Assembly: GCA_951406725.2 (NCBI GenBank) | Contig: OX597814.1 | Coordinates: forward strand, 46,066,001-46,130,000 | Length of the DNA: 64,000 nt | Direction: 5' to 3' | DNA from: Octopus vulgaris | Taxonomy: Eukaryota | Shown: positions 42,765-55,690 of the stretch, in pieces | How positions within the stretch are numbered: the stretch's first letter is position 1 | How the letters are laid out: each line of letters opens with the position of its first letter | The notes under the pieces: model-generated | Seen by the model: only the letters and a program-made list of their open reading frames with translations | The model's database searches: none | Told to the model about the DNA's origin: nothing | Made by a program: the position numbers and the translations under genes

Positions 42765-45525
42765 CATTGAGTCGGTTGAAGGCTTAGCGAGCGAGGTCGA
42801 TTCGTGTTTTAATGTCAGCCTCACCTTGACCTGTGGCTATAATGATGGTGCCAAGGTATTTGAAACTCTCAACCTCTTCAAGAATATCACCATTGAAGAC
42901 AATGGGTGTTTTGTCTGGTGGGGCGAAGCCGGCTGTGAGGATTTTGGTTTTCAAGGCATTGACTTTCATACCAATCTGCGATACAACACACTAGAGCTCA
43001 TTGGTAGCAAACTGGACGTCAGCAAATGTTTCGCCAAGTATCGCAATGTCATCTGCGTAGTCTAGATCCTTGACGGAAAAGTTGTGACCAACAGTGACAC
43101 CGGGGAACTCCCTTAATGCATTTGTGGTGATCCAGTCGATAGCGTAATTGAAAAGAGTCAGCGAAAGAATACATCCTTACCAAATGTCAGACCATATTTC
43201 GAAGGGTTCCAACACTTCACCGTACACGCGTACATGGTATCTTGTTGAGCGGTACTAAGCTTTGATAAGATGAGAAGTTTAGGTGGGATACCATCTGCTT
43301 GCCTGACCTTCCAGGGGGTGTCACAATCGACGGAGTCAAATGCAGCAGCAAAATCAACTAAGCAAATGACTGTTTTTTGCTGAAAGCACCAACGGTGTTC
43401 GAGGATTTGTCTTAGGGTGAAGATTTGATTGGTGCAGCCTCGACTTGGATGGAAACCACACTGGTTTGGTCTTGTTCTAGAGTCACGTTCTGATTGGAAT
43501 CATCTCAGAAGAATAGATGCAAATATTTTGACAGAAACGTCAATCAGACTGATGCCGCGGTAGTTGCTGCAGCAGCATTTATTGCCTTTCTTAAAGAAGG
43601 GTACCAGTATTGCGTCGCTCCAGTCTTGGTGGAGGGTTTCCGTATCCCAAACCCGGGTGATAACTTGATGAATCGCGGGACCCAGTATATTTGCACTATG
43701 CTTGAGGATCTCAGCAGGAATGTTATCTTCGCCAGCAGCTTTGTTATTTTTGAGCTTTCTGATAACAGCAAGGACCTCTTCAAGCTTTGGGGTAGCTGTT
43801 TGGCCATTATACAAAGTTGGGATCATGTCGATCGCAGGAGCAGATAAGGGGGGCTGGTGGTTGTGGTACAGCAGATTAGCAAAATGGTCTCTCCAGTGGA
43901 TGATTCACTCAGTGAGATTGGTGATGGTATCACCATTCTGGTCCAAAATGGTTTTGTTACCTCCAGCCTGTCTTTGTGCTCGATCGAAGGAGGCTGTAGA
44001 GCTTATGGGAGTCCCCAGCAGATGCAGCGCATTCCATGTCTTCAGCCACCGTCTTCCAGAATTTATTTCGATCAGCATGGGCAGAACAGGCAGCTTCACA
44101 GTGCAGTTGTCTGAAGGTATCAGATTGGTTGCACTGAGCTTGTTTTGCTTTTTCATCAATTTCGATTATTCGGTCTCAGATCCAATCTTTGTCTTTTCGC
44201 TTAGTAGTGCCGAGTGTTGTGGACATCACGGACTGAAGATTGTGTTTGACTGTTTGCTAGACTTCATCTGAGGAAGCAGATTGAAGGACTTCGAGCCTGT
44301 TAAACCGATTTGTTAATTCGATACGGAATAAATGTTTGGTCTGGTTACTTTTTAGCTAGAGCGAGACTGGACAGCCTTTAAATGAAGACATAGTTTTGCC
44401 CGTCCTAATATATGATCGGAACCATGTTCGCTGCCGGTTTCTGTGCCTCTGAACATTCGACAATCAAGGAGGCTCAATGACCAGTGACTTCTAACGAGAA
44501 AATGGTCAATCTGGTATGCTGTGACACTGTCATTGGAGTACCAGGTAAGAAGATGGTGCTGTGGATGTTGAAAGCGCATGCTGGAAACAGTAAGATGATT
44601 TGCTGCAGCGAAATTTCCAAGTCTTTCACTATTGGCGCATTGGTTGCCAATCCCAAACTGTCCCAGTATGTGGTGTTACTTGGTCCTGTGCAGGCATTCC
44701 AATCGCTTGCGATGATTAGAATGTCACTTGTGGGTATGCGATCAACAACTGCCTGTAAAGCATCATAGAAGGAGTCTTTATCTTCATCAGAAGCGCTGAG
44801 AGTGGGAGCACAGACAAGTCCAACCCCTCCTCATCATGGTAAGGGGGTGAAACAAGAGTGTTAGAGCTATGCCGTCGGAGACTTCAGTTTCTGGTAGGGC
44901 CACCCAAGGCGGATTGTTCTGACACCCAGCAGTATCAGGGCCACACCCGGCTAACGGAGCTCTGGTGAACAGAAGCGTCTGATCCGGCAACCGGCAGCTT
45001 CAATCCATCCTGTCCTTGCGTCTGTGGAAAACCTATAGCAAACAAGACGTTCTCCCAACAGGGATATACTTGTGGCTGGGGACCACTAGCGAACTTCCTA
45101 TTCCCAAGATCCTTCAAACATTCCTCATGTACATCTCACCTTCTTCAACGACAAACCCTACTATGGCGTCCGCGGGAGCCGACGCGCTCGCTACTCCAGT
45201 GAGGCGAGTGTTAAATCAGCAAACTGGGATGCTAATGCAACACGGAAGAATGCATTTCTTTGGCTTTTGGAATGTCAGATCCCTGATGCATGAAGAAACA
45301 CAGGCACTAACGATGCACACTCTCTCCAAATATAACATCGATATTGCATGCCTCTCTGAAGTTAGACTTCCTGATTCTGGTTATCGCAAAATCAAAGTAC
45401 CCCAACATGATGCATCATACCATCTCTACCACAGTGGACCAACTGATAACTTTGGCCTTCATGGAGTTGCCTTCACCCTCAACGATCGTGCCAATGCGTC
45501 ACTCCTTGCCTGGTAACCTATCTGT
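42765..45525 (-). mobile_element. RTE-clade LINE; body on minus (about 44812 to 42765), with 5' UTR and APE start inverted onto plus (about 44815-45525)
   Basis: Plus: WNVRSL, DIACLSEVR, HGVAF. Minus: APTL..DKDSFY, QIDHFLV, SDH, KAAGEDNIPAE, NYRGISL, DFAAAFDS, YADD, FKYLG. GC-richer than the flanks. Confidence 0.93.
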
Positions 45526-45847
45526 GACATCTATATATATCTGGAAGCATAGAGATGTTTTGACTTAAGTATCTTGGACATGACATAGTACACTATGAGT
45601 AAGAGAATGTAAACTGCTGACTTATCAACTTGTTTATCTGATATATTTGCAATACTGGTGGCTGCTGTTATGTAGTGTTTGCATGTATGTATTTATTAGA
45701 AGAAAGCATGTCATGTAGATTTAAATTTTGCTGCATACAGTGAATCCTAAAAACTCTATCATTTCTACTTCTAAAAACCTGTACATGTATGTAGATGTGT
45801 ATATGTGCTATAGCTAACTGGTAAATTTCCTTTTCTTTTTCTATTAG

Positions 45848-45959
45848 CTGGGATACTCAAGGTGATTTTACAACCCCCCACCCCTTACCAGTTGTTAAAG
45901 TTAAATTGTATACAGAAAGCTCTAAAGTACTAAGTTTAGAAGATCGCGAATTGGGAAAA
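45848..45959 (+). CDS. CADPS: CAPS exon 5 ([37 protein letters not shown]), 112 nt, phase 2/0, C2 domain
   Basis: polypyrimidine tract with tattag acceptor and gtaagt donor; matches CAPS [24 protein letters not shown]...LEDKELGR. Confidence 0.97.
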
Positions 45960-46300
45960 GTAAGTATTTCTCATACCTTCTAATTCCTATTTTATATATT
46001 TTGCTTGTGTATTGTTATTGCAAAACAATAACCCAAATATTTAATTAATATTTAATTCATTATTATATGAATTTTGTTGCCAAGTACTCTTATGTTGAAA
46101 TAAATGAAATTTAAAAAAAAGAATTTTAATTAGTAAAGTGAATTGCTCTGACAATAAAAGAAATGTGTAAGTCAGTTATAAAAAAAAGAAAAAATATTGA
46201 AAGAAGAAAATAAATTTTAATTCAAATATAACACATTTTAAATATCAAAATATGTTTATGTATGTAAGTAAGTATGTATGCATGTATGAATATAAATATA

Positions 46301-48797
46301 TAAGTGGCACACAAGAAAACCATCCGAACGTGGCCGTAGCCAGTACCGCATCGACTGGCCTCCGTGCTGTGGGAACATGGTGGCACATAAAAACACCATC
46401 CGAAGACCCGGCAAGACTAGTCAGGGCATAACCTGTGGGCCCTACCTGGGACGTAGTCAGTCCACCTGTACATACCTTCCTTCTTGTGACACTTGTGAAG
46501 ACCTGTGGAGGCAAGTGAAAATCAAAACAAATCAAAATAGATGAACATCAATGGAATTTGTATCTTTGTGGTACCAGTGTCGGTGGCACACAAGAATCCA
46601 TCCGAACGTGGCCGTAGTCAGTACCGCATCACTGGCCATCGTGCTGTGGGCACATAACAAACACCATCCGATCGTGGCCGTTCGCCAGCCTCATCTAGCA
46701 CCTGTGTCGGTGGCACATAAAAACACCATCCGAAGACCCGGCAAGACTAGTCAGGCCATAACCCATGGCCCCTACCTGGGACGTAGTCAGTCCACCTGTG
46801 CATACCTTCCTCCTTGTGATACTTGTGAAGGCCTGTTGAGGCAAGTGAAAATCAAAATCAAATCAAAACAAATCAAAATAGATGAACATCAATGGAATTT
46901 GTATCTTTGTGGTACCAGTGCCGGTGGCACATAAGAGAAAACCATCCGAAAGTGGCCGTAGCCAGTACCGCATCGACTGGCCTCCGTGCTGTGGGCACAT
47001 GACAAACAACCATCCGATCGTGGCCGTTCGCCAGCCTCATCTAGCACCTGTGTCGGTGGCACATAAAAACACCATCCGAAGACCCGGCAAGACTAGTCAG
47101 GCCATAACCCATGGCCGCTACCTGGGACGTAGTCAGTCCACCTGTGCATACCTTCCTTCTTGTGACACTTGTGAAGACCTGTTGAGGCAAGTGAAAATCA
47201 AATCAAATCAAAATAGATGAACATCAATGGAATTTGTATCTTTGTGGTACCAGTGCCTGTGGTACCAGTGCCTGTGGCACACAAGAAATCCATCCGAATG
47301 TGGCCGTAGTCAGTACCGCATCGACTGGCCATCGTGCTGTGGGCACATAACAAACACCATCTGATCGTGGCCGTTCGCCAGCCTCATCTAGCACCTGTGT
47401 CGGTGGCACATAAAAACACCATCCGAAGACCCGGCAAGACTAGTCAGGCCATATCCCATGGCCCCTACCTGGGACGTAGTCAGTCCACCTGTGCATACCT
47501 TCCTCCTTGTGATACTTGTGAAGGCCTGTTGAGGCAAGTGAAAATCAAAATCAAAATGAAATCAAAACAAATCAAATCAAATCAAATCAAAACAAATCAA
47601 AATAGATGAACATTAATGGAATTGTATCTTTGTGGTACCAGTGCCGGTGGCACACAAGAAAACCATCCGAACGTGGCCGTAGCCAGTACCGCACCGACTG
47701 GCCTCCGTGCTGTGGGCACATAACAAACACCATCCGATCGTGGCCGTTCGCCAGCCTCATCTGGCACCTGTGTCGGTGGCACATAAAAACACCATCCGAA
47801 GACCCGGCAAGACTAGTCAGGCCATAACCCATGGCCCCTACCTGGGACGTAGTCAGTCCACCTGTGCATACCTTCCTCCTTGTGATACATGTGAAGGCCT
47901 GTTGAGGCAAGTGAAAATCAAAATCAAAATGAAATCAAAACAAATCAAATCAAATCAAATCAAAACAAATCAAAATAGATGAACATTAATGGAATTGTAT
48001 CTTTGTGGTACCAGTGCCGGTGACACGCAAGAAAACCATCCGAACGTGGCCGTAGCCAGTACCGCACTGACTGGCCTCCGTGCTGTGGGCACGTAACAAA
48101 CACCATCCGATCGTGGCCGTTCGCCAGCCTCATCTGGCACCTGTGTCGGTGGCACATAAAAACACCATCCGAAGACCCGGCAAGACTAGTCAGGCCATAA
48201 CCTGTGGCCCCTACCTCGGACGTAGTCAGTCCACCTGTGCATACCTTCCTTCTTGTGACACTTGTGAAGACCTGTTGAGGCAAGTGAAAATCAAAACAAA
48301 TCAAAATAGATGAACATCAATGGAATTTGTATCTTTGTGGTACCAGTGCCGGTGGCACGTGGCACACAAGAAAACCATCCGAACGTGGCCGTAGCCAGTA
48401 CCGCATCGACTGGCCTCCGTGCTGTGGGCACGTAACAAACACCATCCGATCGTGGCCGTTTGCCAGCCTCATCTGGCACCTGTGTCGGTGGCACATAAAA
48501 ACACCATCCGAGCGTGGCCGTCTGCCAGCCTCGTCTGGCACCTGTGTCGGTGGCACATAAAAAAACACCATCCGAGCGTGGCCGTTTGCCAGCCTCGTCT
48601 GGCACCTGTGTCGGTGGCACATAAAATCACCCACTACACTCTCGGAGTGGTTGGCGTTAGGAAGGGCATCCAGCTGTAGAAACACTGCCAGATCTGACTG
48701 GACTGGTGCAGCTTTCGGGCTCCCCAGACCCCAGTTGAACCGTCCAACCCATGCTAGCATGGAAAGCGGACGTTAAATGATGATGATGATGATGATG
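46301..48797 (+). repeat. Tandem array of about 330-373-bp units (6 full plus a terminal unit) ending in a SINE/RTE-type 3' tail with (GAT)n
   Basis: gaagacccggcaagactagtcagg recurs at 46402, 46732, 47078, 47425, 47798 and 48171; each unit has a variable (AAATC)n tract. Confidence 0.95.
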
Positions 48798-49149
48798 AAG
48801 TAAGAGGGATTAATGAATCCAAGTAGATATCTAGAAAGCATTCAGTAGTTAAGCAACCTTGGTTAACTACATCAAACAATCAGATACCAATGAATTAAAA
48901 TAGAATAATCATCCAAGGTAATTCCTTGGATATGATAAGTAAATAGAGTATATGATGATGATGATAACATGGACAAGGAGATATCACATCTTTATTTGAT
49001 GATTACACCACACAGGACTGGCAATCATTTCTGTTGTGCCAGTATATTTAGATACAGAAAAAGTGGTACAAAATACTGTATATGGTAGGAGGTGTGCTGC
49101 ATGCGAAAGAATAGACCCAACATTTTCTCTACATGTCATAATAGACGAC

Positions 49150-49960
49150 TAAAAGAAGTTGAGGTAGGACTTGCACACCATCCTCTGGAAACCCTCACCA
49201 GTAATTACTACTCAATCAAACTCATCAAGTTCTCTCCTCCAGGAAAGTACCTTGACTGCTTATAAAACAAGTCATATGAAACAGTTTGAGAAAAGTCACC
49301 AGGATCTCCATCTATCAAATGCAGAGAACACTGGAGTAAAGGTTGGGTTGAGGGGTTGTTGCCTAGGTGATGCAAAGGTATCATTCACTCAGAGTCGGAA
49401 CCTCAGTTAACTGATGGAGGCCTGTTTAGGTGAGGGCTTTGAATGTTCTCTCTTTGAGGGTTGGCTCCCATCTGCCCTTGATGTTTTTGGAACTCAGCCA
49501 TTTACAAGTCACTGTGGCAGCCTTATTGGAGGTGTGTTGGCCAGGCAGGGGCAAAATCTCAACTGGTGGATACACCTATTACTGGTTTGAATGTTTTGAT
49601 GGCTGGCATGTTGGAGGAGTAGCAGTTGATTCCAGTAGTATCAGATGTAACACCTGTTAATGCGTGTATTTATGCAGCCTTTCCTTAGTTCCAGTGTATG
49701 ATCCAACTACTGGACCAATCTGTTCTGAAAACCACAATAGCTTCAGTGCTGGTGACTGACATGCCAGTCAGCTATGATCTGCCATCTGTAGACAAGGTTT
49801 GAAAATGGTAAATCAGCTGAAAAGTAGGAAGGCAGCTGGTGTTTGCAGCATCTATGTGGAGAATATCAAGAATTATCTTTCTTGTTTGTAGCAGATTATC
49901 CACTTGTCTTGAAGCAGTAGCATTGTTCCATCTGACTTAAGAGGGGCATAATTATCCCTC
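49150..49960 (+). mobile_element. Internally deleted RTE LINE relic
   Basis: ALNVLSL, VAALLEVCWPGRGKI..GGYTYYW, GVAV (APE), then NQLKSRKAAGVCSIYVE (RT start). Confidence 0.7.
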
Positions 49961-50630
49961 CCAGGAAAAGAAAGACTCAATAGAATAATAAAACACATTA
50001 TATTCATCCTAATCTTAATAACTGGAAACAACAAAAATGATAAAAGTAAATCAAAAGTTGAGGCAATGAAATTTGTTGTCCGAACTTTAAACCACTGTGT
50101 GATTATACTTTTTTGACAGTATTTGTTGAAGTCATGCTAGTATTAACCAAGTATTTTGCTTTTGGCTAAAACTGAACTCACAGCAGAAAAAGAAAAAAAC
50201 AAACAAACAAACAAATGATGCTATTAAATAATCATCAGAAAAACAAATGATGTTTGAAGGAAGTCAGCCATGGAACATTATACTGCCGGCAGACAAAAAT
50301 AAATTGGCAGGATATGTGATAAATAAATAGCATCTACAGATAATTAACCAGTCAGAGTACTGGACTACTTTTGGGTGGAAACAAGAAACTAGAACATGAT
50401 AAATAAATGAAGTACTCAGGCAATCAGCCAATCTGAATGCTAGGCCACATGCAGACAAAAAACAAGTGAAGTATTTGAGTAAAAAGCCAATCAGGACTTG
50501 AACTGGCATCTGAAAACCTACACACACATATATATATATATAGATATAGTTCAAAGATGGGAATCTGAATTCTCCATACAGAATACGCTTAGTAGTGCTC
50601 ATGAGGTTTACACTTGAGTGGGTAGAGAAA

Positions 50631-51306
50631 TAAATGTAAGGACAAGCAAGTTAGGCAGGTTGATATACAAAGAATATTAAATACAAAAAATGTTTATATG
50701 TTTAAATACAAAAGGTCCGACTTAGAATAAAAATGATATCAAGAATTAAAGGGGTTGAAGTAGAGTTTTGCACATCCAGCAGCTGTTTCTGGGAGCTCAG
50801 TGGTAAAAAATAATGGTTGTAAATTGATTCTATCGTCAGATGAAATGAGCCTTTGTCTTCAGGGAAGAAATCTTACATTTGTGGTGTTAACAGAAAGGAG
50901 ATTAAAGATGGGAAAATTTTTTAGTCTTCTTATTAATCCCTAACCCATGAAATTTATTTTCTCGCTATTCTCTATTTGAATACCTCCCTTATTTCCCACT
51001 CTAATACACTTGGCTCTCCAAAAAATCATTCCATCCTTAATCTCCTTTCTGTCAACACCTCCCCTGAAGACGGAAGTTGTTCCATCTGTTGATGGAATCA
51101 ATTTATAATCATTATTTTGGACCATTGAGCCCTAAGAGACAGCTGTTAGATTTGTAATACTCTTTTTCAACCCTTTTAATTCTTGATATCATTTCTATTC
51201 TGAGTAAGTTGAATCGTTTGCATGTAAACATATTTACATTTTTGTACTTAATGTATTTAATATTCTTCATATATCAACCTGCCTAACTTGCTTGTCCTTA
51301 TATTTG
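50631..51306. repeat. Inverted repeat with arms of about 235 bp (50631-50865 and 51061-51306), Penelope pLTR-like
   Basis: Arms share tatatcaacctgcctaacttgcttgtcctta, tttaattcttgatatcatt, gaatcaattta and cccTGAAGAc in opposite orientation. Confidence 0.85.
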
Positions 51307-51309
51307 TTC

Positions 51310-51529
51310 CCATATATATGTGTATATATATATATGTGTGTGTGTAAATATATATGTATATAAATATATGTATATAAATATATATATATATATGTAAATA
51401 TATATATATATGTAAATATATATATATATATGTAAATATATATATATATATATGTATGTAAATATATATATATGTGTGTGTGTAAATATATATATATGTG
51501 TGTGTGTGTAAATATATATGTATGTGTAA

Positions 51530-51567
<38 letters not shown>

Positions 51568-51590
51568 AAATATATATATATATATATATT
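51310..51590. repeat. (TA)n/(TG)n compound microsatellite about 60 nt upstream of exon 6
   Basis: Directly visible. Confidence 0.95.
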
Positions 51591-51652
51591 ACTTTTTAAC
51601 ATCTATTTCCCATGTGGGTTGATATATATTTTGTTTTTTCCATGTTTTGTAG

Positions 51653-51792
51653 GTTGTGATTCGGCCCACTGCAAGCAGTAGCCGGCAACCAGAATGGTTT
51701 CAAATGCAAACCATCAAAAAAAATTGCCCCGATGATTTACGTATTAAAATAGCTGTTCGAATGGATAAGCCACAAAATATGAAACATTGCGG
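51653..51792 (+). CDS. CADPS: CAPS exon 6 ([47 protein letters not shown]), 140 nt, phase 0/2, C2 end and PH start
   Basis: ttttgtag acceptor and gtaatt donor; [12 protein letters not shown] motif of CAPS. Confidence 0.97.
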
Positions 51793-52289
51793 GTAATTAC
51801 TTTACATTGAAAATTTTTAAATATGTATTATTTCTCATTAATCATTATATTCATTATTATTTTTAGGTACTTATTTCTTTTAGTAACAAATTATTTGCTT
51901 TTGTTTCATTAAAATTTTGATTTTATAACCGCCAATGTTGATTACATTTTAATGTAAATATTTATTATGAGCTAACAACTAACATCTGAAATAAAAATTT
52001 TCTGAAGCATTCTATGATGGCATACAATAATTTGAGATTGAAGAAACACTGAGCCCACTAATTAGAATTGAAGTACATGTCTCTCACTTACAAACGCACT
52101 TGTATATTATACATATTTTTTCTTATTTTATCAGCATTCAAATAAGCTGATAATGTTTAATGCACTTCCAATATATGGTGTTTCAAGCACTATATTTAAG
52201 CCCTGAAGCATGTTTTTTTAAAAATATTTTTTTTTATATTTGTATTATATTATGCAAATGTGTCTACATATGTTTCTACTCATATAGTT

Positions 52290-52900
52290 ACCATATTTGC
52301 TGGCATATAAGGTGCACTCTTGTGTAAGATGTACCCTTATTTTACAAGTTTATTTTGTGGGGAAAATATTTAATGTTTTATAATACACTTATTGAAAGAT
52401 ATTTTGAAGTGATCTTGTAGGGAGAGATATATGATTCTGTGCATGTTAACATGATGCTGTCACAGTATACTGGAATATAGTATGAAAGTATAAATTTATA
52501 AATAAACTACTGGATGTACTGTATCTTAGCTTGATCTTCCTGATCAGTGGTTAGAGTTGTTTATATTTTAGTTGAGAGAGTTGCTATTCAGATAGTAAAA
52601 GGTGTATTTTTGGCTATGGTGTTTTGTGTAACTGCAATCAGCCATCAGTGTGGTGCATAACTACTATGGTTTTGTTGACATCCACTTTCTGCAAATAGCT
52701 TACAGGCAGATGAAAGTTTAAAATTCTTTTCATCTTTCTAGGAAAATTTTCATTTAGACAATTAAAACTGTTTCTTAAACATTACATTGTCATTAAATGA
52801 TATATGACACATATGAAGTGTAGGTTATGTATGCTGAGGAAGGAGGAATAATGAGATGATGTGACCATAAGTAATTATTATTTGGAACATTTTGTGGTAA
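52290..52900. mobile_element. Possible Tc2/pogo-type DNA transposon relic
   Basis: ccatatttgctggcatataaggtgcac...taagatgtaccc resembles a CCGTATTT..CGTATAAGACGCAC terminus; the other end was not found. Confidence 0.4.
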
Positions 52901-53869
52901 TTTTTACACATTTTGAAACAATAAATTAAAGGAAAGAAAACAAAAATCTCTTTATTGCAATTTAAAACAATTGCCAACTAGTATTTCCCACCTGTAAACA
53001 ATTTCAACAGTTTTAGCATGAATATATAGATTAAAGATGTTTATTTTACTGTCATATAAGCTGTGAATCATTCACATATGACCATCTCATGCTGAACAAT
53101 GCATCACGTTTACTTACATTTTATGCAAACAATTTCAGAATGACTGTTTTGAGTAACATTTGTTTTATTTTTTAGCTTTTTAGATTGTCATTGAGACTGT
53201 AATAAGAGTAACAGAATGGGGATAATACAGTTAATTTTCTGCGCTGTTTGTTACACTTTTTGTCCCAATGATGTTTTAATCTATTTTCTTCTAGCTTCTA
53301 TAAATATTTTGACTCATAGTCCTAAAGTAGTCTTCAAAAATTGACTATATGGGATGCAAAATAAAACATCAAAGACTGAATGGGGATTATTGAATCATTA
53401 GCTAAAAGGTGTAACCATGTGAAGGTTATGTTCAAAGTATTTTTATTAATGTTCTCAATTGATATTTGCTGTGGTGCAGCAGTTACTCCACAACAATTTT
53501 TTTATTTATCCACTACATTTTGAGTGCTCTTTCCTCTAATCCTTTTGCATGTGCATTATTTCTAAATATATGCATATTATTTCTAATGCAGGACTTCAAA
53601 GCTTTTATCTATTCTGTCACAATCTTACAGAGATATGTATGTGAAATTTAGAGATTTTAAAACTAATCTTAACAATGACAATTATAATTTTTTAAACTCT
53701 ACACTGATATTTTAACTCTGCTCTCATATACTATATTTTATACTTAACATGACACCAAACATAGGTAAAGTCAAGATTTAAACCTAGAGCAGAAAATAAA
53801 ATTAAATACTGTGATACATCTAGTGTAACTCACTATCATTTCTGAACCAATATATAGTCTTCTCTTCAA

Positions 53870-53985
53870 ATTCCTCTGAAGTCAGCTTTGCTTTTCATCC
53901 TTTTGGGGTCGATAAATTAAGTACCAGTTGTGTACTGGGGTCTATCTAATCAACTGGCCCCCTGCCCCCAAATTTCAGGCCTTGT
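53870..53985 (+). mobile_element. SINE 3' half (Deu/Nin-like family)
   Basis: ctttgcttttcatccttttggggtcgataaattaagtaccagttg...caaatttcaggccttgtgc. Confidence 0.8.
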
Positions 53986-55168
53986 GCTACAGCCAAACTG
54001 GGTTGTTGCTGTTAAAACAGGAAAATTCTCATTTCTTAATTAGGGCCTCACATTTTGACACTAGATTGTATACATATCAACATTTCCAAGATGAATTATT
54101 ACTTGAGGAATATATATCAACCAGATCAGTTCTGTCATTTGTATTTCTAATCTATTCTGCATGTCTATCAATGTATCATCCTTTGTGTGTTTTTGCATAA
54201 ATGACTATATTTACACATTCTTTGCTAAATTTTCACTGTAACACATGGTTTAGGTATATTCACTACACTAAATTTTTAATTAAGGCATCCTAATCTACTA
54301 ACAGTGTTGCTTTTAATTTACCAATGATGAGATATATTTCATTTACCTTGTTTCAGAACTCTGGTGTGATTTTAAAAGAGCAGAAAATTTTAATATATAT
54401 TGATTTAAGAGTGGTGGGCTGGTATAAACAGTAGAGACTAAAGACTTTGTATTACATAGTTTTAAGTTCAAATCTCACTGGACAAACTTTGCTTTTCGCC
54501 CTTTAGGTTTGATGAAATTAGATTTAACTCTTTTGACACCAATCTGCCTGAGATCAACTCTGGTTCAATGATACAAACTTACTATTTCTAAATTATAGCC
54601 TTCCACCAAAATATCAGGTTAATTTATGTTCAAAACACCAGATAAATAATGACAAAGTTATTTTACTAAATTCTTCATTATTTTTTAAATCGTTTGAAAC
54701 AGTGTGTATTTCAACAGAAATATGCTTTATATAAAATTCTAATTTGTGTAACATTTTAACATTTCTGTAGTAAATATTAAAGAATCTTATTAATTCAATT
54801 ATGTAATGCAAATATTTCTTTTACAAGTAAATTTTGTTTTCTCTTTTAACTTTGGTCTTAAAGATATTGATTAGAAATATCCCAAAACTGGAAGATTACA
54901 ATGTATAAATAATATAAAATATGTTTAAATTAGTATCATAGTGATGTTCAAAATTTGAACATATATATATATATATGTATACTACTATTTGGAATTTGTA
55001 TAAATTATAATTTCAGATCTAGATATGCTTAATATGAGTCTTGTAATTGGAATGCTAAAGTATGACCAGATATACATTTCATTCACAAAAACCATTGATA
55101 CACCAATATATTTCATAATTGTATTAATAAGTTCTACAATGTTAAATATGAAAAAATACCAAAATATT

Positions 55169-55690
55169 AGTATTAATACCAGAAGGCAATCTTTGTATCC
55201 TACTTAACTTGGATGTATGTTAGAAAATAGAATACTGCATTATTTACCTTGAGAGGAACTCAAGGTAAATATTTATATCAAGATAAATAATGCAGTATTC
55301 TGTGTTCTAACACAACTTCCAAGTTAAGATGGATATAAAGATTACCTTTTGGCATTAATACTGCTTCTGTTGCTATCATTTAGTTTTTAATAAGTCTGCT
55401 GGCTATTTGCAACGTCAGTGCCTCAATAGACACTGAAAGTCTATATATTGTTGACAGGGAAATTTGGCTATTATGTTGCTACCAGACGTCTGCCACTGAG
55501 GGGCCCAGGCAGGGCAAAATCATGTGATCTGACAATTCTGGTGACCATAGCAGATGGTTCTCATTTGTTATCAATATAAATATGAGTGCTTTTATGTACC
55601 ATGATAAGAGGTCTTCTCAAGGTAAATAATGCAGTATTCTGTGTTCTAACACAACATCTAAGTTACATTAGATATAAAGATTGCCTTTTA
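55169..55690. repeat. Foldback/MITE-like three-arm inverted repeat (55169-55252, 55278-55362, 55615-55690)
   Basis: Arm 1 (...gaatactgcattatttaccttga) is the reverse complement of arms 2 and 3 (tcaagRtaaataatgcagtattctgtgttctaacacaac...). Confidence 0.88.

Noticed and set aside
46301-48797. CRISPR-like or coding interpretation of the tandem array and its repeated ORFs
   Set aside because: The inter-repeat segments are themselves repeated rather than unique spacers, there are no cas genes, the context is a eukaryotic intron, and the ORFs have no recognisable domain.
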